Positions 1 to 8,699 of a stretch of DNA of 35,137 nt are shown in pieces. The position numbers were made by a program, and so were the translations under genes. Every line of letters starts with the position of its first letter. Position 1 is the stretch's first letter. This stretch comes from Candidatus Berkelbacteria bacterium CG_4_10_14_0_2_um_filter_35_9_33_12 (GTDB lineage: Bacteria > Patescibacteriota > UBA1384 > GWA2-35-9), in NCBI GenBank assembly GCA_002793435.1, contig PFQF01000028.1, positions 1 through 35,137 on the forward strand, given 5' to 3'. The notes beneath the pieces are model-generated. The model saw only the letters and a list, made by a program, of their open reading frames with translations, did not search any database and had not been told where the DNA came from.

Positions 1-96
1 AAACAATATCAAAATATTAAATTCTAAATTCCAAACTGTTTATTATTTTGTATTTTGATATTAGATATTGTTTAGAGTTTAGATATTAGGATTTAG
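1..96. repeat. Heptamer-unit palindromic repeat, copy truncated by the window edge
   Basis: 1..96 is the exact reverse complement of 4919..5014; centre AAACTGTTT; contains the recF stop codon (93..95). Confidence 0.9.
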
Positions 97-1115
97 AGTT
101 TGATAATTTCTCCTTCAATCTCTTGCTCCTCTATCGAACTCAAAATCACCTGTCCGTTTTTAGTTGTGTCTAAAACCAACTTCTGATTATCTTTGTCTAA
201 TTCTGAAAAAATATCGTCTAAAAGTAAAATGACCAATTTATTCTTAATTTGGCTTTCAAGCAACTCTTTCTCAGCTAACTTTAAAAAAATTATAGCCGTT
301 TTTTGTTGCCCTCGAGAGCCAAAATTAGCCAAATTTTTACCCTTAAAATTGATCAAAAGGTCATCATGGTGTGATCCGATAGTTGTATGATTATATTTAA
401 TGTCTATTTTTCTCTGTTGACTCAAAGTTTCCTGATTAATTAATGTTAATTTGGGGACGATTTTTAGCGATCTAAAATCGCTCTTACCCAATCCAATAAT
501 TCGTTGGTAATTTTCTTGAAGAAGCTTAAAAAATTCAACTCTTTTTTGATTAATTTTTCTATTTAAGATGACTAATTGTTCGTCCCAAATATCTAATAAA
601 TTTTCATTTAAGCGATTGACTGAAATTAAAAAGAGTTGCCGGTTGCGTTGTTTAATGACTCTATTATATTCAACTAAATCTTTTAGATAAATCTTGGAAT
701 ATTGGCAAATTGCCGAGTTAATAAATTTTCTCCGATAACTAGGGCTACCTAATAAAATATTTAGATCATCTTCCCAAAAAAGAACAGTTGGTATTTCTCC
801 AATTAGTTTAGAAACTGGAACCTTATTTTTATTTATCGAAACAGTTTTTTTATCAGAAAAATTAACAAAAATCTCTTTTTTATCACCATCATTATTTTCA
901 AAACTAGATTTTAAATTAAAATATTCGTTCTCATTATTAATCAAATATTTTTCTCTTTTAACCCGAAAACTTTTAAAGATTGATGAATATCGAATTGCTT
1001 CTAATAAATTACTTTTTCCTGACCCGTTTTTACCAATTATTTGAGTCTTTTCTGAAAATTTAAAACTCTTTTTTTTAAAAGACCTGAAATTTTCTAAAGT
1101 AATTTTATTTAACAT
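93..1115 (-). CDS. recF: DNA replication/repair protein RecF
   Basis: N-terminal LENFRSF, Walker A GKNGSGKSN, signature SRGQQK, Walker B LLLDDIFSELD; downstream of dnaN. Confidence 0.93.
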   Translation of the reverse strand: MLNKITLENFRSFKKKSFKFSEKTQIIGKNGSGKSNLLEAIRYSSIFKSFRVKREKYLINNENEYFNLKSSFENNDGDKKEIFVNFSDKKTVSINKNKVPVSKLIGEIPTVLFWEDDLNILLGSPSYRRKFINSAICQYSKIYLKDLVEYNRVIKQRNRQLFLISVNRLNENLLDIWDEQLVILNRKINQKRVEFFKLLQENYQRIIGLGKSDFRSLKIVPKLTLINQETLSQQRKIDIKYNHTTIGSHHDDLLINFKGKNLANFGSRGQQKTAIIFLKLAEKELLESQIKNKLVILLLDDIFSELDKDNQKLVLDTTKNGQVILSSIEEQEIEGEIIKL

Positions 1116-1124
1116 AAATATGAG

Positions 1125-1257
1125 TTAAATCCTAAATCCTAATTTCTAAACTCTAAACAATATCTAATATCAAAATACAAAATATTAAACAGTTTGAAAT
1201 TTAGAATTTAATATTTTGAATTTGTTTAGATATTAGATATTAGGATTTAGGATTTAA
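1125..1257. repeat. Full-length ~133-bp heptamer-unit palindromic repeat
   Basis: TTAAATCCTAAATCCTAA at the left end pairs with TTAGGATTTAGGATTTAA at the right end; centre AAACAGTTT at 1187..1195. Confidence 0.9.
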
Positions 1258-1264
1258 ATTTGTA

Positions 1265-2374
1265 TTATTCTTCCTTCTCTTCCACTTTAAGTGGCATAAC
1301 AATATAGATAAAGTTATTTATTTCACTCGAACCTATCTTAACTGGACTCGACGGACCATTAAGTAAAAGTGTAATTTTTTGACAATTAATTTTATCTAAT
1401 AGTTCTAAAATAAATTTAACATTAAAAGTAATTCTCACATCTTCTCCATTAATTTCAGTATTGACTTTAGAAATATTTTCCCCGAATTGGTCGGAACGAG
1501 CAATAATGGTTAAATTTTTGTCTTTAATTTTAAAAACTACATTCCCTGAATTATCTCGGCTGAACGATTGTGCTAGTTTTAAACTGTCAATTAATTCTTT
1601 TTTTTCAATTGTAATATCGGTCTTAAAACTACTCGGAATAATTTCTTTATACTCGGGAAAATTACCTGAAATTAATTTCGAAATAATTGTCGTTTTAGGA
1701 TCGTTTATTTCAATTTGATTTGATGAAATATTTAACTCAATCTTGGAATCATCTTTAGTAAAAATTTTAACTAATTCTAAGACAGTTGTTGCTGGAATTA
1801 ATATTTCCACTTCATCATCAACCCCAATATCGGTTAAAGTAATTTCTGCTAATCTATAACTATCTGTCCCGACTAAAGTTAATTGATTATGTATTATTTT
1901 CAAATAAACGCCAGTTAATACCGGTCTGGTTTCGTCAATAGCGCAAGCAAAAACAACTTTTTCTAAAGCGGAAAAAAATTCATTTTTATCTAATTTTATT
2001 TTTAAACCATCTTCACTACCTGGGATTGGTGGAAAATCATTGACTGAGAGTGTGTTTAATGAAGCATTGTTTTTTTCAGAAATAAGATTAAATTTAGTCC
2101 CATCTAATTCTAAAGAAATATTATTATCTTTATTTAACGAAACAAATTCATACATTAAACGAGCCGGAACGGTTAATTTGCCACTATTTTTTACATTCGC
2201 TCCAATTTTTGTAACAACCGCCATCTCTAAATTGGTACTAGAAAGAATTAATTTTCCGTTACTAGCTTCGATCAAAACATTATTCAAAATCGGTAAAATT
2301 GTATTTCTACCCGTAACTCGTGAAATTATCGCTAATCCGCTCACTAAATTTTCAGATAAACATATAGCTTTCAT
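1265..2374 (-). CDS. dnaN: DNA polymerase III beta sliding clamp
   Basis: ILPILNNVLI, STNLE, TDSYRLAE, FPEY, C-terminal YIVMPL; 369 aa; next to dnaA. Confidence 0.97.
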   Translation of the reverse strand: MKAICLSENLVSGLAIISRVTGRNTILPILNNVLIEASNGKLILSSTNLEMAVVTKIGANVKNSGKLTVPARLMYEFVSLNKDNNISLELDGTKFNLISEKNNASLNTLSVNDFPPIPGSEDGLKIKLDKNEFFSALEKVVFACAIDETRPVLTGVYLKIIHNQLTLVGTDSYRLAEITLTDIGVDDEVEILIPATTVLELVKIFTKDDSKIELNISSNQIEINDPKTTIISKLISGNFPEYKEIIPSSFKTDITIEKKELIDSLKLAQSFSRDNSGNVVFKIKDKNLTIIARSDQFGENISKVNTEINGEDVRITFNVKFILELLDKINCQKITLLLNGPSSPVKIGSSEINNFIYIVMPLKVEEKEE

Positions 2375-2479
2375 TTTTTAGTTTTGTTTAAAGATTTAGA
2401 AATTAGTTATGGTTTAGTAGTTAGTATCTATACTTACAGTCTAATAACTTATTCTCTTTTCTTTATTATTAACTTCTTT

Positions 2480-2659
2480 TTAAATAATTAGTAGTAATAG
2501 TAAAGGTTGTGAATATGTGGACTGAACCATAATTTTGGGTGTGTATAAATACCATTTATGTGTGATTATATATGTTTGTAAATATGTTGATAACTAATTT
2601 AAAATTTAAAAATTAAAAATTAAAAACATTATTCACAAGTTATTAACAAGTTATACACA
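2480..2659. promoter_or_regulatory. oriC, dnaA-dnaN part: DnaA boxes, DnaA-trios and AT-rich tract
   Basis: TGTGTATAA 2540..2548, TTATTCACA 2629..2637, TTATTAACA 2640..2648, TTATACACA 2651..2659, weaker boxes at 2508, 2516 and 2585; TAGTAGTAATAGTA trios at 2489..2502. Confidence 0.88.
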
Positions 2660-2666
2660 ACTTTAA

Positions 2667-4001
2667 TTATATTATGCTCAGTTTCTGTTCTATTTCTTCA
2701 ATCTGTTTCATTAATTCAATATCTTCATTAACTTTTTTAGCAATTAATTTTTCACCGTGCATAATTGTAGTATGGTCTTTCCCGCCTAATATAGCTCCAA
2801 TCTTTGGATAAGACATTTTGGTTCTTTTTTTTAAAATAAACATACAGATTTGGCGGGGTAAAACTAAATTATGCGTTCTTCTTTTTGATATTAATTCATC
2901 TTTGGTAATTCCGTAATAGAGTGAAACCACCTCAATTAATTTTTCAGGGGTTTCACCTTTATTGTCGGAAATTAAATCTTTTAATGATTGTTTGGTTGAT
3001 TCGAGCGAGATTTCAATTCCTAATAATTTAGCATCCGTCACAACTTTTGTTAAAGCACCTTCTAATTCACGTATATTTTTGGTTATATATCTTGCAATAT
3101 ACTCCAAAACTTCTGTTTCTATTTTCTTTTTTATAACACTGGCTTTGATTTCTAAAACTGCCATTCTGGTTTCAAAATCAGGTTGAGATATATCAACAAT
3201 CATACCCCATGCCAAGCGAGATGAAATTCGTTCCTCCAGATCAGGAATAGCTTTTGGTACTCTGTCAGAAGTCATCACAATTTGGTGATTGGTTTGATGG
3301 AGTGAATTAAAAGTGTGAAAAAATTCTTCTTGAGTGCCTTCTTTCTTCGATAAAAACTGAATATCGTCAATTAAAAAAATATCGGTTTGGCGATATTTTC
3401 GCTTAAATTCATCCATCTTTTTAGCTTTAATAGCGTTTATATATTCATTAGCAAAATGTTCACAGGAAACATAGAGAATTTTCGCTTCCGGCTTATTTTT
3501 TTTAATTGCATTACCAATTGCTTGGAGCAAATGGGTTTTGCCCAAACCAACTCCACCATAGATAAACAGTGGATTATGCTCTAAGCCAGGATTTTCTGCT
3601 ACCGCTTGACTAGTTGCATAAGCGAGACGATTTGATTGACCAATAACAAAAGTTTCAAAAACATAATTGGGATTTAAATTATGTTTTGGCTTGACAGAAG
3701 CATAATTATTATTTTGTGTACCTATTGAAAATAACAATCTTTCATTACTTGGTTTTTTGTTATTAATCACAAATTCAACACTTTTGATATCGTTTAAGTA
3801 TTTACGGAGTGTTTTAACAATTATTGAGTGATATTTTTTGTCTAGCCAAGTTTTAACAAAAGTACTCGGGACCGACACGATTACATGGCAATTTTTGTAG
3901 TTAGTCAGTTTGGTATCTTTGATCCAAGTTTTAAAATTGGCTTTGGATAAAGTAACTTCAAGTTCACCTAAAGTATTTTGCCATATTTCTTCTAAGTTCA
4001 T
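2667..4001 (-). CDS. dnaA: Chromosomal replication initiator DnaA
   Basis: NPLFIYGGVGLGKTHL, IDDIQFL, QEEFFHTFN, NIRELEGAL, GGKDHTTIMH; ATG at 4001 (MNLEEIW) preferred to the track start at 4019. Confidence 0.98.
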   Translation of the reverse strand: MNLEEIWQNTLGELEVTLSKANFKTWIKDTKLTNYKNCHVIVSVPSTFVKTWLDKKYHSIIVKTLRKYLNDIKSVEFVINNKKPSNERLLFSIGTQNNNYASVKPKHNLNPNYVFETFVIGQSNRLAYATSQAVAENPGLEHNPLFIYGGVGLGKTHLLQAIGNAIKKNKPEAKILYVSCEHFANEYINAIKAKKMDEFKRKYRQTDIFLIDDIQFLSKKEGTQEEFFHTFNSLHQTNHQIVMTSDRVPKAIPDLEERISSRLAWGMIVDISQPDFETRMAVLEIKASVIKKKIETEVLEYIARYITKNIRELEGALTKVVTDAKLLGIEISLESTKQSLKDLISDNKGETPEKLIEVVSLYYGITKDELISKRRTHNLVLPRQICMFILKKRTKMSYPKIGAILGGKDHTTIMHGEKLIAKKVNEDIELMKQIEEIEQKLSII

Positions 4002-4038
4002 ATGAAATAATATTAACACACACGAACTACTTTACAAG

Positions 4039-4107
4039 TTATCCACAGATTTGTCAAAGATTGTGGAAATCAACCCGTTGCGGGTCTGTGGATAGTGCTG
4101 TGGAGAA
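4039..4107. promoter_or_regulatory. DnaA-box cluster upstream of dnaA (second oriC part or autoregulation)
   Basis: Perfect TTATCCACA 4039..4047; TGTGGAAAT 4062..4070, TGTGGATAG 4087..4095, TGTGGAGAA 4099..4107. Confidence 0.85.
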
Positions 4108-4183
4108 CTTTCGGTTAATTACCAATTTTAAATAACAAATTTTAATTTAATATCAAATGATTAAATTTCAAATTAATATAATA

Positions 4184-4212
4184 TTGACCAACACAACTTA
4201 ATAAGCTATAGT
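4184..4212 (+). promoter_or_regulatory. Sigma70-type promoter of rpmH
   Basis: TTGACC-17bp-TATAGT, ending 6 nt before the rpmH ATG. Confidence 0.65.
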
Positions 4213-4218
4213 ATGTTT

Positions 4219-4356
4219 ATGCCTAAAAGAACTTACAAACCTAAAAAAAGAGTCACTAAAAGAGAGCACGGTTTTATGAAACGTATGGCGACTAAAGCTG
4301 GTCGCAATGTATTAAAACGCCGTCGAGCTAAGGGAAGAAAGCAGTTAAGTCGCTAA
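4219..4356 (+). CDS. rpmH: 50S ribosomal protein L34 (absent from the ORF track)
   Basis: Hand translation [45 protein letters not shown] (45 aa); canonical position between dnaA and rnpA. Confidence 0.97.
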   Translation: MPKRTYKPKKRVTKREHGFMKRMATKAGRNVLKRRRAKGRKQLSR

Positions 4357-4357
4357 T

Positions 4358-4693
4358 ATGTTAGCTAAAAACAACCGACTTAGAGATAAAAAAAAGATCT
4401 CTTACATTTTCAAAAAAGGCAAACGAACCAATGGCTCGTTCTTTTCACTTGTTTATCTACCGTCGGGTGAAAATAATTTTAAAGCAGTTTTTTTGATTGC
4501 TAAAAAAGTCTCCCAAAAAGCTACTCGGCGCAACCGAATACGGAGGCTATTATCTGAATCGGTGCGCTTAATTCAAAAAGAAAAAAACTTGCCCAAGATT
4601 AATTTAGTTGTTCGGGTTTTGTTCGACCCAAAAGATGTCAAGTTGGATAATATAAAAAAGGATTTTGAAAAATGTTTCGAAAAATTATCCTGA
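4358..4693 (+). CDS. rnpA: Ribonuclease P protein component
   Basis: MLAKNNRL start and RNR motif KKVSQKATRRNRIRR; follows rpmH. Confidence 0.93.
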   Translation: MLAKNNRLRDKKKISYIFKKGKRTNGSFFSLVYLPSGENNFKAVFLIAKKVSQKATRRNRIRRLLSESVRLIQKEKNLPKINLVVRVLFDPKDVKLDNIKKDFEKCFEKLS

Positions 4694-4905
4694 AATTCAT
4701 CGGTTTTTACCAAAAAACTTTATCCCCCGATAAAGGTTATTTCAAAAAATATTTTCCTGCTGGCTATTGTCCATTTACTCCTCATTGTTCTGACTATTGC
4801 TATCAAGCAGTTGAAAAATATGGTAGTCTAAAAGGACTGGCAAAATGTGCCGGGCGTGTTGTTCGTTGTCACCCGTGGACGAAAGGTGGAAAAGACCCAG
4901 TCTAA
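4672..4905 (+). CDS. yidD: Membrane protein insertion efficiency factor YidD
   Basis: YQKTLSP, CPFTPHCSDY, RCHPWTKGGKDPV. Confidence 0.93.
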   Translation: MFRKIILKFIGFYQKTLSPDKGYFKKYFPAGYCPFTPHCSDYCYQAVEKYGSLKGLAKCAGRVVRCHPWTKGGKDPV

Positions 4906-5044
4906 TAAATTCTAAATCCTAAATCCTAATATCTAAACTCTAAACAATATCTAATATCAAAATACAAAATAATAAACAGTTTGGAATTTAGAATTTAATA
5001 TTTTGATATTGTTTAGAAATTAGGATTTAGGATTTATGATTTTA
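4906..5044. repeat. Full-length heptamer-unit palindromic repeat
   Basis: Fills the yidD-yidC gap; very similar to 1125..1257; centre AAACAGTTT 4974..4982. Confidence 0.9.
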
Positions 5045-5049
5045 AAAAA

Positions 5050-5862
5050 ATGAAATATTTTCTAAAAATTGTATTATACAATCCCCTCTATAACCTTTTA
5101 ATTGGTTTAACCTTGATAATACCCGGTCATTCGGTCGGCTGGGCAATTATTATTATTACCATATTAATTCGTTTATTTTTATTAATCCCCTCTTCGAAAT
5201 CAATCCATCAGCAAAAAAAGATTCAAGAAATTCAACCTCAACTTCAAAAACTGAAAGAGGAGTATAAAGACGATCAAAAAAAATTGACTCAAAAAACTCT
5301 AGCTCTCTATAAAAAATATAAAATCAATCCTATTGGTTCATGCTTACCGCTTTTAATTCAAGTGCCGATTTTAATTATTCTTTATCAAGTTTTTATTCGT
5401 GGATTATCAACTGCCAGTTTTAATAGTCTCTATCCATTTATTTCCCAGCCCGAGAGTCTGAACACTATTTTTTTTGGTTTAGATTTAACCAAACCTGATT
5501 TATGGGTTTTGCCGATTTTAGCCGGAGTATCGCAATTTTTCCAATCTTGGCAACTGCAACCCAAAGTAAAAAATCAATCCGTTGCTAACGATCCGAGCAC
5601 TATGATGATGAAGCAGATGATGCATGTTTTCCCGGTGATAACAGTTTTGATCAGCCGATCGTTGCCTTCTGCTCTACCAATCTATTGGGTGGTTTCTACC
5701 CTGTTTTCAATCATTCAACAGCAATCAATTTTATCTAAAAAAACCAAAGAGATTACAAGCAATGTTGTGGTTGAAATGGATGGAAATAAAGAGGTTAAAA
5801 AAGAGAGCGAAACATTCAAATCTAAAAAAGGCACTACAATAACTATCCGAAAAAAATCCTAA
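5050..5862 (+). CDS. yidC: Membrane protein insertase YidC/Oxa1 (short form)
   Basis: GWAIIIITILIR, NPIGSCLPLLIQVP, ALPIYWVVSTLFSIIQQ. Confidence 0.95.
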   Translation: MKYFLKIVLYNPLYNLLIGLTLIIPGHSVGWAIIIITILIRLFLLIPSSKSIHQQKKIQEIQPQLQKLKEEYKDDQKKLTQKTLALYKKYKINPIGSCLPLLIQVPILIILYQVFIRGLSTASFNSLYPFISQPESLNTIFFGLDLTKPDLWVLPILAGVSQFFQSWQLQPKVKNQSVANDPSTMMMKQMMHVFPVITVLISRSLPSALPIYWVVSTLFSIIQQQSILSKKTKEITSNVVVEMDGNKEVKKESETFKSKKGTTITIRKKS

Positions 5863-5901
5863 ACGCTGGACGCTAAATCCTAAACGCTATATAATATAAA
5901 T

Positions 5902-6210
5902 ATGCAAGGAGAGGAAACACAAAACCCGGTTAAGGATCAATTAAAGTCGATACCCACCTCGGAGGTGACCGAAGGGCTCCTACGAGGTGAAAAAAACGGT
6001 ATTTCTGACGGACCTTATACACTCGATGAATTAATGGGTGAAGAATTTCGCCCTAAAGAAATAGAATCTCCTGATTCTAAACCTAAATCCCTAAATTCCT
6101 CCATTCCTAAACCCTTGCCGTCAAAACACCTAGATTCTCTAAGGCAAAACACCGGTATTCCGACAAGACCGCTAACTATCGGATCAAAAAAAATTGATAT
6201 TTCCCCTTAA
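5902..6210 (+). CDS. Hypothetical protein, Pro/Ser-rich
   Basis: 102-aa ORF, TATAAT 6 nt before the ATG, terminator downstream; no recognised motif. Confidence 0.55.
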   Translation: MQGEETQNPVKDQLKSIPTSEVTEGLLRGEKNGISDGPYTLDELMGEEFRPKEIESPDSKPKSLNSSIPKPLPSKHLDSLRQNTGIPTRPLTIGSKKIDISP

Positions 6211-6231
6211 CCTACTTGACCTACCCAACCT
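6208..6231. repeat. 9-bp-unit (ACCTAY-type) repeat tract
   Basis: TAACCTACTTGACCTACCCAACCT; 6208..6223 is the exact reverse complement of 9884..9899. Confidence 0.7.
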
Positions 6232-6242
6232 GCTCTTATTAG

Positions 6243-6272
6243 AAAAACCCCCCTGCGAATGCGGGGGTTTTT
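6243..6272. terminator. Bidirectional intrinsic terminator
   Basis: AAAAACCCCC-CTGCGAATGC-GGGGGTTTTT between convergent ORFs. Confidence 0.8.
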
Positions 6273-6287
6273 GTATTTGATAAAGCA

Positions 6288-6884
6288 TTAAAACGATCGT
6301 TGCTTTTTTCTCAATCGTCTTGAAGGTTGTTGATTTTCATTTTTTCTATGATTTGTGTGTCGTTTCTTGCCGGTCGGACCGATTCTTTTTTTTCTTGACA
6401 AGATATCTTCGGCAATAAATGGTCTTAATTCTCTTAGGTCAATTAATTTAAAGCCATTACCGAAATAATCGTGATTCAAAACTTCCTTAATTGCATAAAC
6501 TTCAATCTTTTTTTGATGATCTTGATGAGCGTGATTAAGATTGTCAAAATACCCACCATCACCTGCAATAAGCACAATTGTGTCAACATCATCTCGGTTA
6601 GAAAAGTATTCAATTTCTTCCTGAAGAAGATAATCAATATCCTGATCAATGTATTGACCGCAAATAACTTTCAAATGGTACTTGCGTTTTAGTTTACGGT
6701 GAAAACAACGGATTGAATTAGAGTGGGGTAATTTGCAAAAAATAGTTTTTGCGACAACTCTTCGTTCCGTTGTCAATATATTTATCAGTTTTAAGTAATC
6801 AACCCGAATTGCCATAATCCGTGCTATATTGTAAAAATTCGGACCATCAATCAAAATAACAATCCTTTCTCTCGAGTCTTCCAC
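6288..6884 (-). CDS. NYN domain (LabA/DUF88, PIN-like) protein
   Basis: IVILIDGPNF, DIDYLL, IVLIAGDGGY; GTG start with GAGGT RBS; basic C-terminal tail. Confidence 0.8.
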   Translation of the reverse strand: MEDSRERIVILIDGPNFYNIARIMAIRVDYLKLINILTTERRVVAKTIFCKLPHSNSIRCFHRKLKRKYHLKVICGQYIDQDIDYLLQEEIEYFSNRDDVDTIVLIAGDGGYFDNLNHAHQDHQKKIEVYAIKEVLNHDYFGNGFKLIDLRELRPFIAEDILSRKKRIGPTGKKRHTNHRKNENQQPSRRLRKKQRSF

Positions 6885-6916
6885 ACAGACACCTCACTTT
6901 CAAAGAACTTAACCTA

Positions 6917-6944
6917 AGTATAGACGAATTATTGTATTAGTCAA
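6917..6944 (-). promoter_or_regulatory. Sigma70-type promoter of the NYN gene
   Basis: Minus-strand TTGACT-16bp-TATACT. Confidence 0.6.
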
Positions 6945-6952
6945 TATCTTTT

Positions 6953-6985
6953 ACCTATAAAACCTATCTAACTTATCAAGCCTAT
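6953..6985. repeat. 9-bp-unit repeat tract
   Basis: ACCTATAAA ACCTATCTA ACTTATCAA GCCTAT. Confidence 0.65.
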
Positions 6986-7001
6986 TTTTGGTGTTTTTAT
7001 C

Positions 7002-7030
7002 TTGACAGAAGTCAAGAACTATGCTAAACT
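7002..7030 (+). promoter_or_regulatory. Sigma70-type promoter of the RNase J-like gene
   Basis: TTGACA-17bp-TAAACT with extended -10 TG. Confidence 0.75.
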
Positions 7031-7090
7031 CTACTCAATCGCACTTGTACATTGTAGTCAACACTTTTGCCACGAAAGGATGTGGTTTAG

Positions 7091-8428
7091 ATGGCAAAGC
7101 AAGGGCTTTTCACAAGCCGAGACAAAACTCGACTTGGGAAAGCAGTCGCAAAACTAGAAAAAAGAAAAAATATTGATATAAAAATTATCCCGCTTGGCGG
7201 ACAGTCAGCAATTGGTGTACAGAATTGCTGGTTGATAATTTACAAAAACATTCAAATATTACTTGATTGTGGTCGAAAGATCGCCAATTTGAGAAACTAC
7301 AATATAGGAGAAATTCCTAATCATTTCAATCCTGATTATTCAAAAATTGATTTTTCAAAACCATTATATGTCATTTTATCCCACGGGCATCTTGACCATA
7401 TTTTAGGTTTAGTTAAGCTAGTTCAGCTTTGTAAAGAGTGTAATTGTCAGGTAGCTATCTATGGCGCTGAAAAGACAATCAAGGTTGCCAAAAGGGTATT
7501 GCGTGTCAACAAACTTATCGAGCTGGAAACATTTGTTTATGATTTTATAGAATTTAATACCAATAGTTATTTTCAAGTCGCTGAGATTATGATTGAATCT
7601 TTTGAAGTTTTTCACTCAATCCCCGGTTCGGTTGGCTTGGTCTTAACAATTGAAGGTAAAAAAATAGTTTATCTGACTGACTTCAAGTATTGCCGTGATT
7701 CTGATCCACAAATCCCGCAAACCTCTCGTAGGTTTCAGAAAATTGGTAAACAGAATATCGACACATTGATTGTGGATGTGACTGGTATCATTAAAAACGG
7801 GTGGGTTAGTCCCGTCTCGTTGGTCACTCATCAATTTAGAGAAATATTTGAAGACAAGAACAATGCTGAAAAAAGAATTTTCATTACCACTTTTGCATCC
7901 GATATTCAAACCATCGGAGAAATTGCTGATCTAGCAAATGTGGTTGGTGGTCGACTAGTTGAGTTTGATGGTGCCACAATGAAATTCTTTGCTGAAGACA
8001 TTGAACTAGAGAATCAAGATCAATATACAAATCCGCCAGTTATCTTTGTAACCGGTTCTCAAGGTGAAAAAGGGTCCAGTCTTGGCAAAATTGCCAAGGA
8101 TGACCATTTCATTTTTGAGTTAGATGATAATGACCTGGTAGTTTTTACTTCTACTACCCTTGGACAAAATGCTTTGCAAGTGGAGGCGATGATTGCTAGC
8201 CTAGAACAGCAAGGTGCCAGTGTGCTTATTGCCCGGCACGAGTCCGGGCATGGCGCCAGAAAAGATATAATCCAAGCAGTTCTCGATTTTCTGCCAGATG
8301 TGGTGATCCCTTGCCATGCTGGTCGAGCCAATCGGGCAAAGCTAAAAGAAATAATCGAAAAAGACGAATTTCTTTCTTCTCGAGTCACGGCTTTGTTGCT
8401 CGAAGACGGAGATTCGTATCAGATGTAG
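7091..8428 (+). CDS. RNase J-like MBL/beta-CASP hydrolase, divergent and lacking the C-terminal domain
   Basis: IIPLGG, LLDCG, SHGHLDHILG, HSIPG, TDFK, TTFAS, TGSQGE, HESGH, PCH; 445 aa. Confidence 0.85.
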   Translation: MAKQGLFTSRDKTRLGKAVAKLEKRKNIDIKIIPLGGQSAIGVQNCWLIIYKNIQILLDCGRKIANLRNYNIGEIPNHFNPDYSKIDFSKPLYVILSHGHLDHILGLVKLVQLCKECNCQVAIYGAEKTIKVAKRVLRVNKLIELETFVYDFIEFNTNSYFQVAEIMIESFEVFHSIPGSVGLVLTIEGKKIVYLTDFKYCRDSDPQIPQTSRRFQKIGKQNIDTLIVDVTGIIKNGWVSPVSLVTHQFREIFEDKNNAEKRIFITTFASDIQTIGEIADLANVVGGRLVEFDGATMKFFAEDIELENQDQYTNPPVIFVTGSQGEKGSSLGKIAKDDHFIFELDDNDLVVFTSTTLGQNALQVEAMIASLEQQGASVLIARHESGHGARKDIIQAVLDFLPDVVIPCHAGRANRAKLKEIIEKDEFLSSRVTALLLEDGDSYQM

Positions 8429-8434
8429 CAATAT

Positions 8435-8473
8435 CCCGCCCAGCGTACCGAAAGGTACAAACGGCGGGTTTTA
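8435..8473 (+). terminator. Intrinsic terminator with nested GAAA tetraloop
   Basis: CCCGCC..GTACC-GAAA-GGTAC..GGCGGG-TTTT. Confidence 0.75.
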
Positions 8474-8488
8474 TTATTTGTTTTTATT

Positions 8489-8521
8489 GCCTATATAACC
8501 TATAAAACTTATCTTACCTAT
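8489..8521. repeat. 9-bp-unit repeat tract
   Basis: GCCTATATA ACCTATAAA ACTTATCTT ACCTAT, directly abutting a -35 box. Confidence 0.65.
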
Positions 8522-8549
8522 TGACAATCCCAACAATATATGCTATGCT
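8521..8549 (+). promoter_or_regulatory. Sigma70-type promoter of the GC-rich ORF
   Basis: TTGACA-17bp-TATGCT with extended -10 TG. Confidence 0.75.
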
Positions 8550-8699
8550 ATCAGCACAATCGTTCGTTGACATAGAAATCTTTTTATCAATTTCTGAAAA
8601 ATATAATATCTCTAATCTAAAACCGTAATCATTCGGTCAGGGAAATATATTATAAAAGAAATTTGGTAATTAGAAATACAAAAAAAGAAGGAGAAAAAA

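Noticed and set aside
1125-5044. Repeats as a CRISPR array
   Set aside because: No regular repeat-spacer alternation and no cas genes; the copies are dispersed palindromes.
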